64,000 nt of DNA from an uncultured Acidimicrobiaceae bacterium (GTDB taxonomy: Bacteria; Actinomycetota; Acidimicrobiia; Acidimicrobiales; Bog-793), in assembly GCA_963779425.1 (NCBI GenBank), contig CAVZYD010000006.1, forward strand, positions 586,704-650,703, written 5' to 3'. The position numbers were made by a program, and so were the translations under genes. The number at the start of each line of letters is the position of its first letter. Position 1 is the first letter of the stretch. The notes beneath the pieces are model-generated. The model made no database searches, was not told where the DNA came from, and worked only from the letters and a program-made list of their open reading frames with translations. Of the stretch, positions 23,031-30,379 are shown piece by piece.

Positions 23031-23681
23031 GTGATGGAACGCGGAGCTGACATGGCCGAGCTGACCGCTTCTGGCATCTCGACAGAGCTGGTAGGAAGGC
23101 GCGTCCGCCTTCGGGCGCTCCGCGAGGAGGACTACGAGGCCTGGCACGAAGTCCGCACGCGGTGCCGGGACTGGTTGTTGCCCTGGGAGCCGCGCCCTGC
23201 CGGGGCCCCGTACCCGTCGGAGGACCGCACGACCTTTACGACTCGCTGCTCGATGCGCGAGCGCGAGAGGCAGCTCGGCACCGGCTACGGCTTCGGCATC
23301 TTCGCCATGGGGCGCTTTGCCGGCGAGGTGAACATCTCCTCGGTCGCGCGGGGCCCGTTCCAGAACGCCTATGTCGGCTACTGGATCGATCAGGGCCAAG
23401 CAGGCCGGGGCTATGTGCCGGAGGCGTGCGTCTTGCTATTCCGCTTCGCCTTTGAGGAGATCGGCCTCCACCGGCTGCAGATCTCGATCATCCCCCGCAA
23501 CCGCCCGAGCCGCCGGGTCGCCCAGAAGCTCTGGCTGCGCGGCGAGGGCATAGCCCTCAGGTACCTCGAGATCGACGGTCGCTGGGAGGACCATGTCCGC
23601 TACGCCCTCACCTCAGAGGAGTGGGTCGAGCGTCGGGACCGGTACTTTCGCCAGTGGCTCTCCGGCTCGGCTAACTGGTAG
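23031..23681 (+). CDS. GNAT-family N-acetyltransferase (RimJ/RimL-like)
   Basis: LVGRRVRLRALREEDYEAWHEV...FGIFAMGRFAGEVNISSVARGPFQNAYVGYWIDQGQAGRGYVPEACVLLFRFAFEEIGLHRLQISIIPRNRPSRRVAQKL is a typical RimJ-type acetyltransferase core. The start could be GTG 23031 or ATG 23052. Confidence 0.75.
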   Translation: MMERGADMAELTASGISTELVGRRVRLRALREEDYEAWHEVRTRCRDWLLPWEPRPAGAPYPSEDRTTFTTRCSMRERERQLGTGYGFGIFAMGRFAGEVNISSVARGPFQNAYVGYWIDQGQAGRGYVPEACVLLFRFAFEEIGLHRLQISIIPRNRPSRRVAQKLWLRGEGIALRYLEIDGRWEDHVRYALTSEEWVERRDRYFRQWLSGSANW

Positions 23682-23838
23682 CTCACCTAAAGCCGGCGGG
23701 GCGGGCAGCTACTCCACCCGCATGAGCGCGTGCCAGCGCTACCCGGGGACGCGACCGGGATCGGTGCGAGTGAGCTGCGGCGGAAAAGACTTACTTATCC
23801 GGCCTTGGACTCGGTCAGCCGGGTGCTTGTCCGGCCTG

Positions 23839-25152
23839 TCAGGGTCGGCCGGCCGAGACGAAGCCGTCCCAGTACATCGGGTAGTAGCCGACGTTCGTGC
23901 CCACCTCGGCCGCCTGGATGATCGTGTTGGTCCCGTACGGGCCGGAGCCGATGTAGATCGCCACGTGGGTGATAGGCAGGGGGCCGTCGTCGGGGAAGTG
24001 GTAGAAGAGCAGGTCTCCGGGCTCGATGTCGAGCAGGTTGACCGGCGTGGACTCTTGGTCCTGGATGGTCGCCCCGTGCAACAGGTCGACTCCGGCCGCC
24101 TCCCACGCGACCATGGCCAGGCCTGAGCAGTCGACGCCTTGGCGGCTGGCCCCGCCCCACACGTACGGCACGCCCAGGTAGGACTCGGCCGCGGCGACAG
24201 CCTCGAGGCCTTGCGGATTGGTCCCGGCCGGGACAAGCGTCTCGCCGAAACCCGGTTGGTCGGGACCGGTCCCAGGCCCGAAGGGCCATTGACCGTCTTC
24301 CTGCGCTGCCTGCGGGTTGGAGGCGCTGCCTGCGCCGGAGGCGCTGTTGTCCTGGGCCTGCTTGACAGCCTCGGCGGCCCTGGCCTTGGCGGCTGCGGCC
24401 GCCGCAGCTGCCCTCTCTGCGGCGGCGGCGCGGGCGGCCGCGGCACGGGCGGCGGCGAGGGCGGCAGCCGCCTTGGCAGCGGCTATCTCCTGTTCTCTTT
24501 TCAACACAAGCGCGGTGAGCTGGCCCTTCACCTCACTGAGGGCCGACTCGACGTTCGAGGTTGCCGCCTCGGCGGCGCTTTGCGCCTCGTTGGCCGAGAG
24601 CTGGGCCCGTAAGGCGGCGGCGGTGATCCTCGCCTGCGTCGCCCGCTCGGCGGCCAGCCGGTCGGTGACCACGTGCAGTTCGTTCATGGCGGCCTTGAGG
24701 GAGTGGACGACGATGTCGGAGTAGACCGCGGCGCTCTGCGCGTCGTTGACGCTCGAGTCGAGGATCCCGCCGACTTGGGAGTCGAACCCGTCCCCGGTCA
24801 CGTAGGCCTCGACGGCCGCGTTCTCGGCACGGGCGTGCACGGCCCGGAGCTGTTTGCGAGTCGCTTTCAGCTGGCGATCGGTCTTGGCGAGGCTCGCCCG
24901 GTCCAGTTGCAGGAGAACGGTGTCCTCGTCGTAGGTCTCGGCGTCGACCGAGACTTCGTTCTGGTCATTGGTGATCTGCTCGGCGAGCGCCTGGGCACGA
25001 GCTTGGAGAGAACTGATCTGGGAGTTGGTAGCGTTGATCGGGCTCGGCGAAGCCCCGGCAGGCGCCGTGACCACAAAGAGTGAGCCCGTCAAGGCAAGGA
25101 CGGCGACTACTGGGCCGACAGCTCCTCCCCGGCTTCCCCTCTTGTGCAACAT
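23839..25152 (-). CDS. NlpC/P60 (C40) peptidoglycan endopeptidase with long N-terminal coiled coil (RipA/RipC-like)
   Basis: Intact 437-aa ORF. It has a signal-like N-terminus and ~250 aa of heptad-rich, Ala/Gln/Glu-rich sequence. The C-terminal domain is YVWGGASRQGVDCSGLAMVAWEAAGVDLLHG...GDLLFYH...ITHVAIYIG, carrying the C40 catalytic Cys and His. Confidence 0.85.
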   Translation of the reverse strand: MLHKRGSRGGAVGPVVAVLALTGSLFVVTAPAGASPSPINATNSQISSLQARAQALAEQITNDQNEVSVDAETYDEDTVLLQLDRASLAKTDRQLKATRKQLRAVHARAENAAVEAYVTGDGFDSQVGGILDSSVNDAQSAAVYSDIVVHSLKAAMNELHVVTDRLAAERATQARITAAALRAQLSANEAQSAAEAATSNVESALSEVKGQLTALVLKREQEIAAAKAAAALAAARAAAARAAAAERAAAAAAAAKARAAEAVKQAQDNSASGAGSASNPQAAQEDGQWPFGPGTGPDQPGFGETLVPAGTNPQGLEAVAAAESYLGVPYVWGGASRQGVDCSGLAMVAWEAAGVDLLHGATIQDQESTPVNLLDIEPGDLLFYHFPDDGPLPITHVAIYIGSGPYGTNTIIQAAEVGTNVGYYPMYWDGFVSAGRP

Positions 25153-25158
25153 GTCTTA

Positions 25159-25187
25159 ACTTTGGTCACAATAGCAACGACTGTCAA
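25159..25187 (-). promoter_or_regulatory. candidate promoter giving a leaderless transcript of the NlpC/P60 gene
   Basis: Read on the minus strand: TTGACA (25187-25182), a 17-nt spacer, CAAAGT (25164-25159, keeps the conserved A2 and T6), 6 nt, then ATG (25152). No Shine-Dalgarno motif lies between them. The surrounding ~60 bp is conspicuously AT-rich. Confidence 0.35.
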
Positions 25188-25285
25188 CTAAATAACAATT
25201 GAGCAGGGATTTTGATAGTGCGTGGCGGTAAGTGGGGCGACAACTACGTTGGATCGTCGCCCGAAGGCGGCCGCGCAATGGTCTT

Positions 25286-25359
25286 GGGGACGTAGCCCAA
25301 CAGGCAGAGGCAGGGCGCTTAAAACGCTCACAGTGAGGGTTCGAGCCCCTCCGTCCCCA
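25286..25359 (+). tRNA. tRNA with anticodon UAA (nominally Leu) on a class I (5-nt variable loop) body; CCA not encoded
   Basis: Hand-folded cloverleaf:
- acceptor GGGGACG / CGTCCCC (25286-92 / 25352-58), discriminator A
- D arm GCCC-AACAGGCAG-AGGC
- anticodon stem GGGCG / CGCTC with loop CTTAAAA (25318-24; anticodon TAA at 25320-22, U33 and A37 present)
- variable loop ACAGT
- T arm GAGGG-TTCGAGC-CCCTC. Confidence 0.8.
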
Positions 25360-25531
25360 CGGGACCGGCTCGCGGCCGCCTGAGCTCGAGGAGGGGTCGC
25401 GAAGCCGGCCGCCCCCGGCGGGCTCGGCTCGGCCCTCCTAAACGGGGCTGGCCTGGGCAAGTTCTTGGGCAAGCCTCAGGAGAAACACAGGAAGGCCCCT
25501 TATCCTTAGGCCGTCACTGCTGCCTAAAGGA

Positions 25532-27391
25532 GTGCCTCTCGTGTTCTCGCTCTCTTACGCATGGAACGAGCTTCGCCGCCGCTGGGGGCGAACGCTCGTA
25601 ACAGCCTTCGGACTCGCCGCGGGAGTCGGCCTGGTCATGGGGATCATAGGTGTCTCGCAAGGATTGTCGGACGCCCAGAACAGCGTCCTGTCCCCCCTTG
25701 GGGCGGTCGGGACGGACATCATCGTCACCCGCACCGTGGCGCCGACCACGTCTCAGACCACGACGACGACGACATTCCCGGGCCGCTCGTTCACCGGCGG
25801 CGGGGGAAGCTTCCCGGCCGGGGCAGGAGGCGGCGGGGGCAGCGGCTTTTTCGCCCGCGGCTTTGGGGGCGCCACGAGTACCGCCGACAGCTCGCAGGCG
25901 GCGACGCTTCTCAACAACAACGCCTCGATCATCACGGACCTCGCCAAGCTGGGCAAGCCTGGTGCCTCCTTCACACATGACTTCTTCGTGCCCGGCACGC
26001 TCATCACCTTCCCCTCGGTCGCCATAAGTGACGTGGCGAAGATCCCAGGTGTGAGCACCGCAGTCGGTGCCCTGTCCCTCGAGGCCCTGCACGAGAGCGG
26101 CACGGTCCCGAAGATCGTGGACACGGTCAAAGAAGGCGGCCAGACGATAAGCACGACCGTGAAGCCGCCCGTGCTCACCACGGCGCAGCGCACGGCCGAG
26201 GGTGCCTGCATCCAAAAGATCGTCCAGAAGACCTTTGCCAATAGCGGCCTGGGCACCACCGGTGGCGGAGGCGGCTTCCCGTCTCGTGGCTCGGGCACCG
26301 GTGGGGCGTCCGGCGCGCGTGGTTTCGGCGACTTCATCGGGGGGCTCAGCTCGAACTCCGCTATCAATGCATGTCTGACCCCTGCCCAGAAGGCCTACAA
26401 CCAAGAGGTGGTCGTACCGGAGCAGACCATCACCCGGGTGCTCAACCCGCCGACGACGAACACTGCCACGTCCAACTACAGCGTGGCCGGGGTTGACCCG
26501 GCGAACGAGACGAGCGGGCTCGTCACCAAGGCCCAGGTCGTCTCCGGCACCTGGTTCACGAGCAATCCCGCCGACGAGGTGCTCGTCTACACCGACTACG
26601 CCAGCACGAAGAACCTGAAAGTGGGCGGGACGCTCACGATCAACTCCAAGGGCTACAAGGTCGTCGGGCTAGTCCAGCCGACTTTGACCGGCGACGTGGC
26701 GGACATCTACTTCCCGCTCTCGACGATGCAGAGCCTCGCTTCGGCGCCGGGTTATGTGAACGAGGTGCTGGTGTCGGTGAAGAGCTCCTCCGACGTCGCC
26801 GCAGTGACAAAGGCCATCAAGGCCGAGCTTCCCGGGGCCACCGTGCTCACTTCGAAGTCGCTGGCCGACACGGTCACGGGTAGCTTGAGCAACGCCCACA
26901 AGCTCGCCAACGACCTCGGCGGCGTGCTCGCCATAGTCGTGTTGCTGGCGGCCTTCCTCATCGCCGGGCTGCTCACCTTGTCCAGCGTCGCCAAGCGTGT
27001 CCGTGAGATCGGTTCGCTCCGGGCGATCGGTTGGACAAGGGGCGAGGTCGTGCGACAGGTCATGGCCGAGACCATCGGCATCGGCATCGTCGGCGGGGTG
27101 ATAGGGGTGGCTATCGGGGCCGTGGTCTGTGCGGTGATAGCCGCGGTCGGACCAGGTCTATCGGTCACCTCGACGGGGCTGCAGGTAGGCGCTTCCTCCC
27201 TGAGCAGTCTCGTCGGGGGGTCGACCCAGGGCACCGTGACCTCGATCGTGCACCTGACCGCACCGATCCACGCCACGACGATCCTGATCGCATTCGCCGG
27301 AGCACTTGTCGGCGGTGTCATCGCCGGCACGATCGGCGGATGGCGGGCCGCACGGCTGGCACCGGCGTCAGCACTTCGGGACCTCGGCTAA
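25532..27391 (+). CDS. ABC transporter permease, MacB/FtsX-type (one N-terminal TM, ~430-aa extracytoplasmic domain, C-terminal FtsX 3-TM domain)
   Basis: Intact 619-aa ORF preceded by AAAGGAG. N-terminus YAWNELRRRWGRTLVTAFGLAAGVGLVMGI. The C-terminus LAIVVLLAAFLIAGLLTLSSVAKRVREIGSLRAIGWTRGEVVRQVMAETIGIGIVGGVIGVAIG is the FtsX-domain signature. Confidence 0.8.
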   Translation: MPLVFSLSYAWNELRRRWGRTLVTAFGLAAGVGLVMGIIGVSQGLSDAQNSVLSPLGAVGTDIIVTRTVAPTTSQTTTTTTFPGRSFTGGGGSFPAGAGGGGGSGFFARGFGGATSTADSSQAATLLNNNASIITDLAKLGKPGASFTHDFFVPGTLITFPSVAISDVAKIPGVSTAVGALSLEALHESGTVPKIVDTVKEGGQTISTTVKPPVLTTAQRTAEGACIQKIVQKTFANSGLGTTGGGGGFPSRGSGTGGASGARGFGDFIGGLSSNSAINACLTPAQKAYNQEVVVPEQTITRVLNPPTTNTATSNYSVAGVDPANETSGLVTKAQVVSGTWFTSNPADEVLVYTDYASTKNLKVGGTLTINSKGYKVVGLVQPTLTGDVADIYFPLSTMQSLASAPGYVNEVLVSVKSSSDVAAVTKAIKAELPGATVLTSKSLADTVTGSLSNAHKLANDLGGVLAIVVLLAAFLIAGLLTLSSVAKRVREIGSLRAIGWTRGEVVRQVMAETIGIGIVGGVIGVAIGAVVCAVIAAVGPGLSVTSTGLQVGASSLSSLVGGSTQGTVTSIVHLTAPIHATTILIAFAGALVGGVIAGTIGGWRAARLAPASALRDLG

Positions 27392-27434
27392 TGGCCCTCA
27401 CTCCTTCTATACAGACCGAAAGGACGACGAGACG

Positions 27435-28175
27435 ATGACCGAGACCGATGCGGCCGAGACTGTGGCCCAGCCTTCGGCCAAGACGGCACCCACGCCTCTT
27501 TACGAGCTGTCGCACCTCGAGCGCACCTTCACCAAGGGCGGCCTGTCCGTCAAAGCCATCCGGGGGGTCGACCTAGTTATAAACAGCGGCGAGATGGTCT
27601 CGCTCGAGGGGCCGAGCGGTTCGGGCAAGACGACGCTGCTGCAGCTGTTGGGCGCCCTTGACAGCCCGACGGGCGGCACGATCCGTTTTGCCGACCGCGA
27701 CCTGAGCGGGCTCAGCGACAAGGAGCTGACCAAGATCCGCGCCGAGGAGATCGGGTTCGTCTTCCAACATTTCAACCTGATCCCGACGCTGACGGCGGAG
27801 GAGAACGTCGCCATAGCCATGTTCCCGAACCACGTGCGCTCACACGAGCGCACAGAACGCGCCAAGGAGCTGTTGAACCAGGTCGGTCTCGGCCCGCGCC
27901 TCGGCCATCTGCCCTCACGGCTTTCGGGCGGCGAGCAACAGCGCGTGGCGATCGCCCGTGCCCTTGCCAACCACCCGAGTGTCATCATCGCCGACGAGCC
28001 GACGGGCAACCTCGACTCCGACACGGCCAAGGAGGTCATGGCGACCTTGAACGAGCTCCGGAAAAGCGCCGGGGTCACGATCGTCATCGCCACCCACGAC
28101 GAGGACGTGGCCCGGCTCACCGACCGCAGGATCCGCATCCGTGACGGTGTGATCAAGAAGGACTCCGCCGCTTAG
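27435..28175 (+). CDS. ABC transporter ATP-binding protein (MacB/LolD-type)
   Basis: From ATG 27435: Walker A GPSGSGKTTLL, Q-loop FVFQHFNLIP, signature LSGGEQQRVAIARAL, Walker B VIIADEPTGNLD, H-loop IATHD. Confidence 0.9.
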   Translation: MTETDAAETVAQPSAKTAPTPLYELSHLERTFTKGGLSVKAIRGVDLVINSGEMVSLEGPSGSGKTTLLQLLGALDSPTGGTIRFADRDLSGLSDKELTKIRAEEIGFVFQHFNLIPTLTAEENVAIAMFPNHVRSHERTERAKELLNQVGLGPRLGHLPSRLSGGEQQRVAIARALANHPSVIIADEPTGNLDSDTAKEVMATLNELRKSAGVTIVIATHDEDVARLTDRRIRIRDGVIKKDSAA

Positions 28176-28275
28176 ACGCCTCGCGCCGCTCGGGACAGGC
28201 TCGCGCGGCCATGCGAGGCAAATAAGCTCGGCAGGTGGTCATTGGCACGGCGAGCCCCACTCGCCCGGAGCTGTC

Positions 28276-29607
28276 GTGATCACCGGCGCCATGCTGCTTG
28301 CGGGCGTCGCATGGATCGACACCATCGGAAGGAGCCTCAAAGAGGGTTTCTTCATGTTCTGGGAGACCCTGTGGCCTCTCATCTTGGGCTTTACGCTCTC
28401 GGGGGCGGTGCAGGCATTCGTGAGCCGCGAGGCTATGCAGGCAAAGCTCGGCAACCACCGTCCGGCCGCGCTGGCACGAGCCTCCGGGTACGGCATGGCG
28501 TCCTCGTCGTGCTCGTACGCCGCCAGCGCCATGGCGAAGTCGCTCTTTGTCAAGGGTGCGGACTTCGTGGCGGCGGCCGTGTTCATGATCGCCTCCACCA
28601 ACCTCGTGATCGAGCTCGGCATCATGCTCATCGTGCTGATCGGCTGGCAGTTCGCGGCGAGCGAGTTGCTTGGCGGGGTCATCATGATCGTTTTGCTAGC
28701 GAGCTTCGGGGGTCTTTGGCTGCGGGGGAGGCTGGTCCTCGAGGCGAGGCGGCGGCTTACGGCCGACTCGCGCCACGACGCAGGCCACGAAGACGACCAC
28801 GGGGCTGCGCCCCCCCACGAGCCGTCAGACGCGGTTGCGCTCGAGCAAATGCCCTGGGGCAAGAAACTGCGCTCCAGGGGTGCATGGGCAGATGCCGCCA
28901 GCTACACGATTGCCGATCTCACCATGTTGCGACGCGAGCTCCTCGTCGGCTTCACGGTCGCCGGATTCCTCGCCGTCGTGGTGCCTGTCGGTGTCTGGAA
29001 CGTTGTGTTCGTCCACGGCCACGGATGGGCGACCGCGCTCGAGAACGCTGTTGTCGGTCCCTTCATCGCCATAATCAGCTTCGTTTGTTCGATAGGCAAC
29101 GTCCCGCTTGCTGCCGCGCTGTGGAAGGGGGGGATCTCCTTTGGAGGCGTGGTCTCGTTCCTCTTTGCCGATCTGATCAGCTTCCCCCTGTTGCTCGTGT
29201 ACCGGCGTTATTACGGCACGCGCTTGGCTTTGCGGATGCTCGTGATCTTCTGGGCGGTGATGTCGGCGGCGAGCCTCGCCACCGAGGGCATCTTCACTGC
29301 CGCCGGCCTCGTGCCCAAAGCTCATCCGGCCCAGCTGGCACCTGGGCATTTCTCCTGGGACTACACGACATTTCTCAACATCATTTTCCTGTTGCTGTTC
29401 GGCTTGCTCTACTGGGCCTATCGCAACAGGACCCGCTTGGGCGGCGACAGCGGCTATACCCTGGACCCCGTCTGCGGCATGCAGGTGGAGAGGGCCAATG
29501 CGCCGGCGTCAACGGTCCAAGACGGCAAGGTGCTCCGCTTCTGCTCGGACCACTGCCGGCGACGCTTCGAGGCGGATCCGGCCCGTTTTTCGGCCAAGAC
29601 GACCTAG
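28276..29607 (+). CDS. ArsP/DUF318-type permease fused to a C-terminal YHS/TRASH metal-binding domain
   Basis: Intact 443-aa polytopic membrane ORF (FWETLWPLILGFTLSGAVQAFV...CSYAASAMAKSLF...ISFVCSIGNVPLAAALW). It ends with DPVCGMQVERANAPASTVQDGKVLRFCSDHCRRRFEADPARF, the YHS/TRASH Cys motif. Confidence 0.7.
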   Translation: MITGAMLLAGVAWIDTIGRSLKEGFFMFWETLWPLILGFTLSGAVQAFVSREAMQAKLGNHRPAALARASGYGMASSSCSYAASAMAKSLFVKGADFVAAAVFMIASTNLVIELGIMLIVLIGWQFAASELLGGVIMIVLLASFGGLWLRGRLVLEARRRLTADSRHDAGHEDDHGAAPPHEPSDAVALEQMPWGKKLRSRGAWADAASYTIADLTMLRRELLVGFTVAGFLAVVVPVGVWNVVFVHGHGWATALENAVVGPFIAIISFVCSIGNVPLAAALWKGGISFGGVVSFLFADLISFPLLLVYRRYYGTRLALRMLVIFWAVMSAASLATEGIFTAAGLVPKAHPAQLAPGHFSWDYTTFLNIIFLLLFGLLYWAYRNRTRLGGDSGYTLDPVCGMQVERANAPASTVQDGKVLRFCSDHCRRRFEADPARFSAKTT

Positions 29608-29625
29608 TCCAGACCCTGAGGTTGC

Positions 29626-30168
29626 CTACAGGCCGAGGCCTTGTGTGACCTCGACGCCTGGAATCCTCCTGAGCAGCTGACCGGGGAGGATGATCTTGGA
29701 ACGACGCACGCCGGAGCCAATGAGGATGACGGGAGTGCTGATGACCTGGGCGTCGACGAGAACAGGCCAACCATGGGGGAGACCGATTGGCGTTATCCCT
29801 CCGTACTCCATGCCCGTGAGCTCGACGGCACGGACCATTGCCAAGAAGGAGGCTTTGCGCACGTCGAGGAAGTTCTTGACGACCCTGTTGACGTCGGCCC
29901 GAGTTGTCGCGAGCACCACGCATGCCGCCAGACGCTCGGTCCCTTCGCGCTTGCCGCCCACTACGACACAGTTGGCCAGGGACCCGGGCTCTAGCCCGAA
30001 CTCCCGCTGAGTCGCCGCCGTGTCCGAGAGCGCCGGGTCGATCTCGACGACTCCAACGTCATCGAGCAGGCCATTGTCCGAGAGTGCCTTCCGGGTCGGC
30101 TCAGCCAACAGATCCGGGCGGGCAGATGCCGGGACGCTCGAAAGCGAGCCGAGGGTGAAGGTTCCCAT
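29626..30168 (-). CDS. YbaK/ProX/EbsC-family aminoacyl-tRNA trans-editing deacylase domain protein
   Basis: Intact 180-aa ORF. ...LANCVVVGGKREGTERLAACVVLATTRADVNRVVKNFLDVRKASFLAMVRAVELTGMEYGGITPIGLP...VILIGSGVRRSKI is the typical YbaK-fold core. Confidence 0.7.
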   Translation of the reverse strand: MGTFTLGSLSSVPASARPDLLAEPTRKALSDNGLLDDVGVVEIDPALSDTAATQREFGLEPGSLANCVVVGGKREGTERLAACVVLATTRADVNRVVKNFLDVRKASFLAMVRAVELTGMEYGGITPIGLPHGWPVLVDAQVISTPVILIGSGVRRSKIILPGQLLRRIPGVEVTQGLGL

Positions 30169-30379
30169 GGCGCGATCTTTTCACCCGCGCAAGGGAGGGC
30201 TGAGGGACTCCGGTCGGCCAGCAGGCGAGGGTGTGTTTTCGACCCGCGTTCCACGCTGGTGACGCGTCAGGATTGCACAGACAATCGAGCCTGCGCCTAC
30301 GAAGATATTACCACTGACAGTAGTGTTACAAACGCGGTACGTGCTTAAGCCGAACCTCAAAACTGCCGACGTTCCTTAC

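Noticed and set aside
25153-25285. c-di-AMP (ydaO-type) riboswitch, often found upstream of actinobacterial cell-wall hydrolase genes
   Set aside because: The minus-strand leader shows none of the conserved ydaO elements as I recall them. Only one simple hairpin (GGCGAC...GTCGCC) is present. The promoter-like TTGACA sits at -35 relative to the ATG, leaving no room for a leader.
25360-25531. Integrase or genomic-island cargo immediately downstream of the tRNA
   Set aside because: No ORF anywhere in the window shows tyrosine or serine recombinase, transposase or phage motifs. The genes following the tRNA are ordinary transporter genes at normal GC.
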